The notes beneath the pieces were generated by a model. It searched no databases, had not been told where the DNA came from, and saw only the letters and a program-made list of their open reading frames with translations. Below, piece after piece: positions 9,638-18,196 of a DNA stretch of 64,000 nt. The DNA is from Tissierellia bacterium (GTDB lineage: Bacteria; Bacillota; Clostridia; Peptostreptococcales; Acidaminobacteraceae): contig DUPT01000038.1 in NCBI GenBank assembly GCA_012838225.1, positions 10,557 through 74,556 of the forward strand. The letters run 5' to 3'. The translations under genes were made by a program, and so were the position numbers. The first letter of the stretch is position 1, and every line of letters begins with the position of its first letter.

Positions 9638-9794
9638 ACTTTTTCTCCTAAATAAAAAAGACTGGAAAGACCTCCAGCATAAGTAGCGCCGCAACCTTGT
9701 ACGCGGATAACTCCTTGTCTTCAGGTCCCTCATGTTAAAGGTATCACAAAAAAGACGAAAAGTAATGAAATAACAGAAATTATCGGCTTTCTAC

Positions 9795-9829
9795 AAAAAA
9801 AGACAAACCTCACCGCCGCAAGGTTTGTC
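9795..9829 (-). terminator. intrinsic terminator after the antiporter gene
   Basis: Minus strand GACAAACCT-N10-AGGTTTGTC followed by TTTTTTT. Confidence 0.75.
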
Positions 9830-9848
9830 CGAACCGATTTATGACAGT

Positions 9849-11510
9849 CTATTCAAATGGTTGATCGAGATCGCCTACCCTAACCGGCTGTCGTCTGGGA
9901 CGTTTGGTTGGTTTGGGGAAATCGACCGCATGCTCCAACCGGATCTTGACCAGCTTATCACCGGCCAGGATAACGGTATTGCCGACCGGGACGATGATAT
10001 CACTCCCCTCTCGCTGGATCATGACGATCAATCGATCGGGCTCGAGCTCAAGATCCATGATCCGCTTATTCTCCCAGGGATGACCGGCCGGTATGGTCGA
10101 TTCGATCAGATCCTGACCGCTCTCATCAAAGTGGACCTCCCCGCCCAAAACGACCAGATCATTTTCCTCGAGTGCGATGTGGCCCCGCGGTACGATGGTT
10201 TTTCCGCCTCGTTCGATCTTGGCCACGATAAAATCAAATACCAGGTTGAGGTCTTTGACCTTTCGCCCGATCAGACGGGAGCCCCGACGGATCCTGGTCT
10301 CGAGAAAGCCGATCTCGGCCTTATCGAGATAGTAGTTGAAGGTCTTTAGAACGGTATCGCTCGGATCAAGCATCTGCCAGCGCTCAGCCATCGGCGGCAT
10401 GAGATAGCCCTGGATGAGTGATGAGAGCACGCAGATGCCAAAGACGATATGGAAGACATCGACCGAGAGCGCACCGCCGCTGTTGACGGCGATGATAGCA
10501 AAGGCAATGGCCGCAGCCCCGCGGATCCCGGCCAGCGAGATCATATTGAGTTGGTTGCGTTTTAGCCGAAACGGTGCCATCAGGCCATAGACGCTTAAGG
10601 GTCGGGCAATGATCGTCATAAACACCATGATCGCCAGCGCCATCGGAAAGGTCTTCATGAAGCTGCCGAGATTCGACAACAGTCCCAAGATAAAAAACAA
10701 ACCGATCTGCATGATCTCGGCAAAGCCGTCGAAGAAAAAGACGACATCGCGTTTGCCCCGAAACTCCATATTGCCCAGATAGATGCCCAGGATATAGAGT
10801 GCCAAATAACCGTTTCCACCGATCAGCGAGGTCGATGAATAGGTCAAGAGCATGGCCGCCGCCATAAAGACGGCGTTTAGTCCATCGGCTCTCAGCGGGA
10901 TCTTTTTAAGCAACTGAGCGATCGTCAAGGCCGCCACAGCCCCCATCGCGATCCCGATCGCCACCTGAGACACGATCAGTACCGGGATCGAAAGCGATGA
11001 GCCGAGGATGACCGATAGAAACACCATCGTCATGGTATAGGCCGTCGGGTCATTGGAGCCGCTCTCGAGCTCGAGGAGCGAGGCGGTATTGTACTTTAGG
11101 TTCAGATTTTTCGAGCGCAGGATATTCGAGACGCTGGCATAGTCGGTCGAGCCGACGATCGAGCCGATCAGCATCGACTCCAACAGATCGACCCGGAGCA
11201 CCAGGTGGATAAAGCCCCCTGTCAAAAGCGCCGTCACCACCACGCCCATTGAGCTTAGGATGATCGCTTCCTTGGCGACGGGTTTAGCCATCTTCCACTT
11301 GGTCCCAAAGCCGCCGTAGAACATGATCACCATCAGTGCGACCGTCGCAAAGGTATCGGCAAAGCTGAAGTCATGAAACTCCAAGCCGATCGCCCCAAAA
11401 CCCATACCTAAGAGGATAAACAATAATAAGGCCGGGATCCCGTGGCGACTCGATAGTCCAATGGCAAACAGGGCCAGGATCAAGATGATTCCGATCAGTA
11501 AAAATTGCAT
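9849..11510 (-). CDS. nhaP2: CPA1-family K+/H+ (cation:proton) antiporter NhaP2-like with C-terminal RCK_C/TrkA-C domain
   Basis: About 400 aa of polytopic membrane domain, then a soluble tail IGRKVKDLNL...IVAKIERGGKTIVPRGHIALEENDLVVLGG typical of TrkA-C. Confidence 0.85.
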   Translation of the reverse strand: MQFLLIGIILILALFAIGLSSRHGIPALLLFILLGMGFGAIGLEFHDFSFADTFATVALMVIMFYGGFGTKWKMAKPVAKEAIILSSMGVVVTALLTGGFIHLVLRVDLLESMLIGSIVGSTDYASVSNILRSKNLNLKYNTASLLELESGSNDPTAYTMTMVFLSVILGSSLSIPVLIVSQVAIGIAMGAVAALTIAQLLKKIPLRADGLNAVFMAAAMLLTYSSTSLIGGNGYLALYILGIYLGNMEFRGKRDVVFFFDGFAEIMQIGLFFILGLLSNLGSFMKTFPMALAIMVFMTIIARPLSVYGLMAPFRLKRNQLNMISLAGIRGAAAIAFAIIAVNSGGALSVDVFHIVFGICVLSSLIQGYLMPPMAERWQMLDPSDTVLKTFNYYLDKAEIGFLETRIRRGSRLIGRKVKDLNLVFDFIVAKIERGGKTIVPRGHIALEENDLVVLGGEVHFDESGQDLIESTIPAGHPWENKRIMDLELEPDRLIVMIQREGSDIIVPVGNTVILAGDKLVKIRLEHAVDFPKPTKRPRRQPVRVGDLDQPFE

Positions 11511-11518
11511 AGTTGTTC

Positions 11519-11893
11519 CTACCGTTTCTTGGTATTATCTGACGCTTTATCGAGCAAGCGTTTGATTTCAGTGATTTCTTGGGAGCTGAGCTGTCGGCGG
11601 TGTGTGATGGCTCGGATCAATCGTACCAACGAACCTTCAAAGTACTCGTCTAGCAGTTGTTGGCCGCGAAGGGCCCGAAAGTCCCTCCGACTGATCACGG
11701 AGGTGACGATCCCCGCCTGATTCTGAAACAAGCCCCGCTGGCACAGTTTTCGCAACACCGTATAGGTGGTGGGCTTCTTCCACGACAACTTTTCTTGGCT
11801 CAATTGAACCAGATCCCCGGACTGGATCGGCTCGTTATCCCATATGATGTCGGCAAATTGTGACTCGATCTGACCCAGTTTCCACCCCGGCAT
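11519..11893 (-). CDS. BlaI/MecI/CopY-family winged-helix transcriptional repressor
   Basis: ADIIWDNEPIQSGDLVQLSQEKLSWKKPTTYTVLRKLCQRGLFQNQ... matches the penicillinase-repressor family. Start set at ATG 11893, behind GGAGGAG. Only 8 nt separate its stop from the antiporter start. Confidence 0.8.
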   Translation of the reverse strand: MPGWKLGQIESQFADIIWDNEPIQSGDLVQLSQEKLSWKKPTTYTVLRKLCQRGLFQNQAGIVTSVISRRDFRALRGQQLLDEYFEGSLVRLIRAITHRRQLSSQEITEIKRLLDKASDNTKKR

Positions 11894-11909
11894 TGGCTCC
11901 TCCACTCAT

Positions 11910-11930
11910 TGGTTTATAACTTATAAACCA
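11910..11930. promoter_or_regulatory. perfect 10-1-10 palindrome, candidate operator of the BlaI-family repressor
   Basis: TGGTTTATAA c TTATAAACCA sits 17 nt upstream of the repressor start. Each arm contains a TATAA (-10-like) element. Confidence 0.5.
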
Positions 11931-11997
11931 CCTACTCCTCCAGTCTATGAAAGCCGTGAGAGAATGTCAACCGCTACCGGCTAAAAATCCGGTCGAA

Positions 11998-12026
11998 TTG
12001 TCCCCGCCCCGGGTCTGTGATAGACT
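11998..12026 (+). promoter_or_regulatory. candidate sigma-A promoter for the deaminase gene
   Basis: TTGTCC, 17 nt, then TGaTAGACT (extended -10). Confidence 0.35.
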
Positions 12027-12062
12027 GAAGCCATAGGAAACAACCAGGCATAAGGAGGCTCT

Positions 12063-12563
12063 ATGGCAATCTCACAAACCGACATAAAACATCTGCGCCG
12101 GGCAGTCGATCTGGCCAAAGAAGCCCTCGATAAGGGGGATCAACCGTTTGGTTCTGTTCTGGTCTCAGGACACGGAGAGGTCCTGTTTGAAGATCATAAC
12201 CATGTCGCCGGCGGGGATGACACCCAGCACCCCGAGTTTAACCTGGCCCGCTGGGCGGCCAATCATCTGACTCCTCAGGAGCGAGCCGAGGCAACGGTCT
12301 ATACCTCCGGTGAGCACTGTCCGATGTGCTCGGGCGCTCATGGGATGGTCGGTCTGGGACGGATCGTGATTGCCAGCTCATCAAAGCAGCTGGCTCAGTG
12401 GTGGGCAGAGTTTGGTGCCCCGGAGTCCAATGTCAGGCCGCTGGCGATCCAAGAGGTGATCCGAGACATCGAAGTCGATGGACCGGTCGAGCAGTTCTAT
12501 GATGAGATCAAGCAGCTTCAGCGCCGAGCCTTTGATAAGAGGCAGGCTGAACAGACCGTATAG
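12063..12563 (+). CDS. CMP/dCMP-type zinc deaminase (nucleoside / guanine / tRNA-adenosine deaminase family)
   Basis: Zinc motifs HPE...CPMCSGA (H[AP]E / PCxxC). 166 aa. RBS AAGGAGG. Confidence 0.8.
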   Translation: MAISQTDIKHLRRAVDLAKEALDKGDQPFGSVLVSGHGEVLFEDHNHVAGGDDTQHPEFNLARWAANHLTPQERAEATVYTSGEHCPMCSGAHGMVGLGRIVIASSSKQLAQWWAEFGAPESNVRPLAIQEVIRDIEVDGPVEQFYDEIKQLQRRAFDKRQAEQTV

Positions 12564-12580
12564 AAAAAACTAGGCAAAGA

Positions 12581-12611
12581 AAACAGGATGCTCATGGTAG
12601 GCATCCTGTTT
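12581..12611. terminator. bidirectional terminator between convergent genes
   Basis: AAACAGGATGC-N8-GCATCCTGTTT, with A/T runs on both sides. Confidence 0.65.
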
Positions 12612-12623
12612 GATTGATCTACA

Positions 12624-13112
12624 TCATTCGACAAAGTGAAAGGCATGGATCCGGACACTGGCCGGATCATAGAGTAGAACGATCCGTCCGCCGGTGGGTG
12701 TCTGCTTGTCTCGCTTCGAAAAGTAATTCAAATTATCGTCGAGTTTGAAACCGAGTGCCTCTTCGACCTGACTCAGCCGTTCGGCCGGCGTCTTCGGTGT
12801 GGTCTCGCCGGGATAATAGTAGGGGAAGATTTGTTGGACCAGCTGATTGATCTCCCGAGTCGTCAGGTGATCCCACAGCTCCAGGCCATCCAATTTGTCT
12901 CGGTCGGTCTCCTGATACTGAAAAATATAATCGATGTTTTTAGTTGAACTGGTCAGCTTGGCCTTGGTGTCAGACGCACCTTCAATTATTGTGACAGCTT
13001 TTGGCAATTGGAGTCCCCAGCGATCATTCAATACACTGTAGGTATCTTCGACCGTGCAAGCCTGCAAAAACAGTCCGGTAATGAGCAGGGTCACTAGAAT
13101 CAAGCGTTTCAT
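12624..13112 (-). CDS. hypothetical lipoprotein
   Basis: MKRLILVTLLITGLFLQAC lipobox. Start at ATG 13112, behind GGAAGGAGGG. No recognisable catalytic motif. Confidence 0.6.
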   Translation of the reverse strand: MKRLILVTLLITGLFLQACTVEDTYSVLNDRWGLQLPKAVTIIEGASDTKAKLTSSTKNIDYIFQYQETDRDKLDGLELWDHLTTREINQLVQQIFPYYYPGETTPKTPAERLSQVEEALGFKLDDNLNYFSKRDKQTPTGGRIVLLYDPASVRIHAFHFVE

Positions 13113-13236
13113 GAGCCCTCCTTCCTGTGATAGCATAATATCATACTTTCGGGATTGTTACAAGTCTGGAAAAACTTCTTTCCATTATGACTTATCACCG
13201 GTCGGACGCATTCTATACTTCTATTAAATATAGACG

Positions 13237-14565
13237 CTATTTATTAGTATCAGCTTCATCTTGTCGACGACGTTTCATCCATTGCCTGACCAAATCGCCT
13301 TCGACGCCATTTCGCTTTGGCGAATAGAACACTTCGGCCTGATACGTGTCGGGCAGATATTGCTGCTCGATATAGCCGCCTTGATAGGCGTGGGGATAGC
13401 GGTAGGGCTGCTTGATGCCGCGCAGGTCTTTATTCGTCGAGTCCCTTAGGTGAGCCGGGACCTCTCCCTGCCCCTTGGCTTTGACGCTCTTGTAGGCAGC
13501 GCCGATGGCTTCGTAGGCGGTATTCGATTTTTCCGCCAGCGCCAAATAGATGCAGACCTCGGCCAAGACGATCCGAGCCTCCGGCAGACCGATCTTATGC
13601 ACCACATCAAAGCCGGCGTTGGCCAGGACCAAGGCCTGCGGATCGGCCAGTCCGATATCCTCGGCGGCCAGGATGATCAACCGCCGGGCAATGAACTTCG
13701 GGTCCTCGCCGCTTAGAAGCATCTGCGTCATATAGTACAGGGCGGCCTGGGGGTCGCTTCCCCGAACGCTTTTGATAAAGGCACTGATGACATCGTAGTG
13801 ATAATCCCCCTGCTTGTCATAATTAAAATAGGGCTTCTGGGTGCTCTGCGAGAGCGTGTCTTCGGTGATGACGATCCGGCCGTCTGTCGCCTCGGTGGTC
13901 AGGGTGGCCAACTCCAGGATATTTAGTGCCCGCCTGGCATCGCCCAGACTGTTTTTAGCGATATAGGCCTTGCCGTGTTCACTCAGCTCGATCTCGAGCT
14001 CAGACAGGATCGGATCGGTCGCGATCGCCAGATCGATCAAGCGGATGATATCGGCCTCACTCAGCGGTGTCAGTTCAAACACCAGCGAGCGCGACAGCAG
14101 CGCCCGGTTGACTTCAAAATACGGGTTTTCAGTGGTCGCCCCGATCAATATGACGATGCCGTTTTCGACATGGGGCAACAATGCGTCTTGTTGGGCCTTA
14201 TTGAAGCGGTGGATCTCATCGACAAACAGGATGGTCCGCTGCGCTCGATGCTCGAGGTTTTGTTTCGAACGTTCGACCACTTGCTTGATATCCTTGATCC
14301 CGGCCGTCACGGCATTGATCGTAATAAAATCCGAACTGGTCAGATTGGAGATGATCCGAGCCAGTGAGGTCTTACCGACCCCGGTCGGCCCATGCAAGAT
14401 GATGCTGGTCAAACGATCGGCTTCGACCAAACGGCGCAGGAGCTTGCCCGGACCCAGGATCTCGTCTTGGCCCACGAACTCATCGAGTGTATTCGGTTTC
14501 ATTCTTTCAGCCAAGGGCTGTTTGTTTTTCAGATTGTCTTCTCGTAGGATATCGAACAGGTTCAT
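13237..14565 (-). CDS. rarA: replication-associated recombination protein A (AAA+ ATPase RarA/MgsA)
   Basis: Walker A GPTGVGKTS, Walker B LFVDEIHRFNK, MgsA C-terminal pattern YRYPH. Confidence 0.92.
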   Translation of the reverse strand: MNLFDILREDNLKNKQPLAERMKPNTLDEFVGQDEILGPGKLLRRLVEADRLTSIILHGPTGVGKTSLARIISNLTSSDFITINAVTAGIKDIKQVVERSKQNLEHRAQRTILFVDEIHRFNKAQQDALLPHVENGIVILIGATTENPYFEVNRALLSRSLVFELTPLSEADIIRLIDLAIATDPILSELEIELSEHGKAYIAKNSLGDARRALNILELATLTTEATDGRIVITEDTLSQSTQKPYFNYDKQGDYHYDVISAFIKSVRGSDPQAALYYMTQMLLSGEDPKFIARRLIILAAEDIGLADPQALVLANAGFDVVHKIGLPEARIVLAEVCIYLALAEKSNTAYEAIGAAYKSVKAKGQGEVPAHLRDSTNKDLRGIKQPYRYPHAYQGGYIEQQYLPDTYQAEVFYSPKRNGVEGDLVRQWMKRRRQDEADTNK

Positions 14566-14619
14566 TCGGACCTCTTTTTCTTTGATCTCACACGGGTATA
14601 CTTAGCCTGAGGAGGCTGT

Positions 14620-15621
14620 ATGAAAACCATTTTATCACCCTTTCATCTAAAGGACATGACACTAAAAAACCGGATCGTCATGGCTCCGATGTGTATGTAC
14701 TCGGCCGAAGCGGATGGCCTGGCCACCCCGTGGCACTATACCCATTATACCACTCGAGCGGCCGGTGGCGTCGGGTTGATCATCGTCGAGGCGACCGCCG
14801 TCTCACCCGAGGGCCGCATCACCGATCAGGACCTTGGTATCTGGAATGATGACCAGCGGGATCAGCTGCGTCAGATCGTTTTGGCGGTGCAGGCGCTGGG
14901 CTCAAAGATCGGACTCCAGCTTCAGCATGCCGGCCGAAAATCTGAGAGCAGTGTCTTGCCCCACTACTCCGTCAGTGATCAGGCCTTCAGTGACGACTAC
15001 CTGGCTCCGAAGAAGCTGAGGGAAGCCGATTTTCCGATGATCGCCCAGGCCTTTCAAGCGGCGGCCAAGCGAGCCCTCGAGGCCGGCTTCGATCTGATCG
15101 AGGTCCACGCTGCCCACGGCTATCTTCTCAGTGAAGCCATCTCACCGTTGACGCGGCCCGATATGGCATTGACTGATCGGTTGGAGCTGATCGATCAGGT
15201 CATAAAGGCCGTCCAAGTGGTCTGGCCTGAGACGAAGCCGCTGCAGGTGCGTCTATCGGCCACCGATTATGTGCCCGAGGGCCTGAGTAGATCGGATCTG
15301 CTGGCAGTCGTCGACCACTTGGCTAGTCTAGGGGTCGACTCGATCAATCTCTCCTCGGGTGGTGTCGTTCCGATTGCTCCGACGGCCTTTCCCGGCTATC
15401 AAGTGCCCTACTCAGCCCTGATCAAGGAGAACTTCGATATTGCAACCATTGCCGGCGGACTGATCACGTCGATTGATATGGCAACTGAAATCCTGGAAAA
15501 CGGCCGGGCCGACCTGGTCTACCTCGGTCGCGAGCTGCTGCGTAATCCGTATTTTGTCCATCAGCTGGGACGCCGCTTCGATCAGGCTGAGTTTGTCCCC
15601 CGACAGTATCGGAGGGCCTGA
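14620..15621 (+). CDS. namA: NADPH dehydrogenase, Old Yellow Enzyme family (YqjM/NamA type)
   Basis: PMCMYSA and HAAHGYLLSEAISP motifs. 333 aa. Confidence 0.85.
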   Translation: MKTILSPFHLKDMTLKNRIVMAPMCMYSAEADGLATPWHYTHYTTRAAGGVGLIIVEATAVSPEGRITDQDLGIWNDDQRDQLRQIVLAVQALGSKIGLQLQHAGRKSESSVLPHYSVSDQAFSDDYLAPKKLREADFPMIAQAFQAAAKRALEAGFDLIEVHAAHGYLLSEAISPLTRPDMALTDRLELIDQVIKAVQVVWPETKPLQVRLSATDYVPEGLSRSDLLAVVDHLASLGVDSINLSSGGVVPIAPTAFPGYQVPYSALIKENFDIATIAGGLITSIDMATEILENGRADLVYLGRELLRNPYFVHQLGRRFDQAEFVPRQYRRA

Positions 15622-16193
15622 TGTGTGGCCGCTATGAAGCCGGACTGACCGAGCTCGATATCGCCGCCTATCGCCAGGCGATCCAAGAGATCGAGTCAAT
15701 GGTGACCCAGCCCCTTCATCCCAGAGAGACCTTTCCGTCTCAGGAACTGCCCATCATCACCCAAAAAGGTTTCACAACGAGCCACTGGGGCTATCCGCTG
15801 GCCAAGAAGCTTGTCATCAATGCTAGGAGCGAAACCATCACGACCCGGCCGCTCTTCTCACAGGCGATTATGACCGACCGCTGTCTGATCCCGGCCAAGG
15901 CCTATTATGAGTGGAAACAAAGCACAGTCAAATATCGGATCGAGACGACTGAGCCGATGAGCATGGCCGGACTAAGGCTAAACAGTCCTCAAGGCGAGCG
16001 CTTTGTCATCATCACCGCCGATGCCAACGCCCAGATCGAGCCGATCCATCACCGGATGCCGGTATTGCTTCGGCCGGATCAATTGTCAGCTTTTTTATTC
16101 GATACCGAGGCCGCCCTCGCCATGCTTCGACCCTATGAGGGACAGCTCCAGCTATCGGCTTTGACACCCGAGCAGCTCAGTCTGTTTGACTAG
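15621..16193 (+). CDS. SOS response-associated peptidase (SRAP/YedK family, abasic-site processing)
   Basis: Starts MCGRY (catalytic Cys2). 190 aa. ATG overlaps the namA TGA (TGATG). Confidence 0.85.
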   Translation: MCGRYEAGLTELDIAAYRQAIQEIESMVTQPLHPRETFPSQELPIITQKGFTTSHWGYPLAKKLVINARSETITTRPLFSQAIMTDRCLIPAKAYYEWKQSTVKYRIETTEPMSMAGLRLNSPQGERFVIITADANAQIEPIHHRMPVLLRPDQLSAFLFDTEAALAMLRPYEGQLQLSALTPEQLSLFD

Positions 16194-17446
16194 GCGCCGC
16201 TAGCCTGTTCGATCAGACCGTATTGCAGCTTTAATGAAAGGATCCGCCGGACTCGTTCATCGAGCTCGGCTTCATCGATCGTACCATCAGTGATCGCCTG
16301 CTCCAGGGCATCAAAGGCCTCCGGCAGATGGGCCGGCAGCAATTGGATATCATTACCGGCCTGAAAGCTCAGCAGCGCCGTCTCGGCCGGACTGAAGTGA
16401 TCACTGATCGCCCGCATGGCCAATGAATCGGTGATGATGATGCCATCAAAGCCCAGCTCTTGTCTGAGCAGGCGATGGATCTCGGGCGATAAGGAGGCCG
16501 GCAGATCATCACCGCTCACCTCCGGTGTCAGGATATGGGCCAGCATCACCATATCGGCGCCGGCTTTGATCCCGGCTTCAAACGGGATGAGCTCCATGGC
16601 TGCCATGTCCGCCCACGTCTTATAGCTCACCGCGGTATCGTAGTGGGTATCGGTCGCCGTATCGCCATGACCGGGGAAATGCTTCAGCGTTGCCATCATA
16701 CCGGCGTCATGAAAGCCTTGGACGGCGGCCTCGACCATCTGAGCGGCGATGAACGGATCACTTGAGAAGGCCCGCTCGCCGATCACGGGATTGTCCGGAT
16801 TGCTGTTGACATCGGCCACCGGGGCAAAATTGAGATTGAAGCCGTGGCGGATCAGATAGTCGCCGATGCTCAAGGCAGCCTCACGGGCCTGGTCAGGATC
16901 GCCCGAGAGAGCGATCAAGGCCATATTGGGAAAGACCGGTACATCAAAGGCCGGATGAGAGGCCAAGCGAGTGACCAGGCCCCCCTCCTCATCGACCGAG
17001 ATAAAGGGGGCGAGCGATAAATGGCCAGCCAACTGCTCGAGCAAGCGATTCAGCTGATCAGGATCGATCAGGTTTTTGGTAAACAGCGTAAAGCCGCCTA
17101 CCGGATAGTCCTGAAGATTTTGGATGGCGGTGTCGGTGAGCTCTGTCAGCGCATAGTCATCGCTCTCCACCTGATACGCATCGAGGCTGAAATCGAGACC
17201 CTCGGGCCGAATGATAAACAGCTGACCGATTTTTTGGCGCAGCGTCATCCCGGCCATGATCTCGGCCACCGGGTCGGTCGGCTCCTCGGTCGGCGGCTCG
17301 GTGGTCTCCGGTTCGATAGTCTCTGCTTCTGCCGTATCTGGTGATACCGGTTCGGTCGTCGGTTCAGTCTCGGTCGGAGTGGGATCATCACTCAGGCCAC
17401 AGCTGATCAGTAGGCTGAGGATGAGTAGACCTAACAGAATTTTCAT
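16190..17446 (-). CDS. nagZ: glycoside hydrolase family 3 beta-N-acetylhexosaminidase, lipoprotein (NagZ/YbbD-like)
   Basis: Lipobox LLISC, TEP-rich linker, GH3 motif KHFPGHGDTATDTH. Confidence 0.8.
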   Translation of the reverse strand: MKILLGLLILSLLISCGLSDDPTPTETEPTTEPVSPDTAEAETIEPETTEPPTEEPTDPVAEIMAGMTLRQKIGQLFIIRPEGLDFSLDAYQVESDDYALTELTDTAIQNLQDYPVGGFTLFTKNLIDPDQLNRLLEQLAGHLSLAPFISVDEEGGLVTRLASHPAFDVPVFPNMALIALSGDPDQAREAALSIGDYLIRHGFNLNFAPVADVNSNPDNPVIGERAFSSDPFIAAQMVEAAVQGFHDAGMMATLKHFPGHGDTATDTHYDTAVSYKTWADMAAMELIPFEAGIKAGADMVMLAHILTPEVSGDDLPASLSPEIHRLLRQELGFDGIIITDSLAMRAISDHFSPAETALLSFQAGNDIQLLPAHLPEAFDALEQAITDGTIDEAELDERVRRILSLKLQYGLIEQASGA

Positions 17447-17452
17447 AGCTCC

Positions 17453-17483
17453 TCCAAAACGACAACCGGGCAGTGCCCGGTTG
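17453..17483 (-). terminator. intrinsic terminator after gatD
   Basis: CAACCGGGC-act-GCCCGGTTG followed by TCGTTTTGG on the minus strand. It starts 3 nt after the gatD stop. Confidence 0.6.
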
Positions 17484-17485
17484 GA

Positions 17486-18196
17486 TTATTTTATCAGTCG
17501 GTGATACATTGCCTGATTGGCCTGATGCTCTAAGCGATCATCGAGTGGACTCAGCTCACCCGTCTGACCGGCCCGTTGCCTTGCCTTTTGCAGCAGCCAA
17601 TCGGCCAGCTTCGGGTTTTTGGGCAGCAGCGGCCCGTGAAGATAGGTGCCGATGACATGCTTGTAGACGACGCCTTCATAGCCGCCGGACTCATCATTGC
17701 CATAGCCGGTGATGACCTTGCCTAAGGGTTCATGCCGGTAGATATTGGTCCGGCCAGCGTGGTTTTCAAAGCCGACGATCGGCTGGTCGATCAGACGACT
17801 GTCCAAAACGATATTTCCGATCAATCGCCGGTCGTGTTGGACCGTATCGATCTCAAGGATGCCCAGTCCGGCGATCCGGCCCCGAGACGATTCATAGAAT
17901 TGTCCCAGCAGCTGATAGCCGCCACAAATGGCCAGCACCACGCCCCCATCTTCGATATAGGCTCGAAAATCATCCTTGATCGTCTGCAGCCGCTGACACA
18001 CGATCTGCTGCTCCCGATCTGAGCCGCCGCCCAGCACCACCAGATCCAAGCGAGAAAAATCGATCTCATCCGATAGGCGGTAGTTCTCGACGCTCACGTC
18101 GAGGCCTCGCCACTCCAGTCGTCGCTGAAGCGTTCGGATATTGCCCAGATCCCCATAGAGATTGAGTAGGTCGGGAAAGAGATGTCCGATTTTCAT
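17486..18196 (-). CDS. gatD: lipid II isoglutaminyl synthase, glutaminase subunit GatD (CobQ-type amidotransferase)
   Basis: CGGYQLLG nucleophile motif and HGP, 236 aa. 4-nt overlap with murT. Confidence 0.8.
   Translation of the reverse strand: MKIGHLFPDLLNLYGDLGNIRTLQRRLEWRGLDVSVENYRLSDEIDFSRLDLVVLGGGSDREQQIVCQRLQTIKDDFRAYIEDGGVVLAICGGYQLLGQFYESSRGRIAGLGILEIDTVQHDRRLIGNIVLDSRLIDQPIVGFENHAGRTNIYRHEPLGKVITGYGNDESGGYEGVVYKHVIGTYLHGPLLPKNPKLADWLLQKARQRAGQTGELSPLDDRLEHQANQAMYHRLIK

Noticed and set aside
13970-14605. 211-aa and 130-aa plus-strand ORFs opposite rarA
   Set aside because: The Ser/Arg-rich translations are antisense to a gene with intact Walker motifs. No independent signals were seen.
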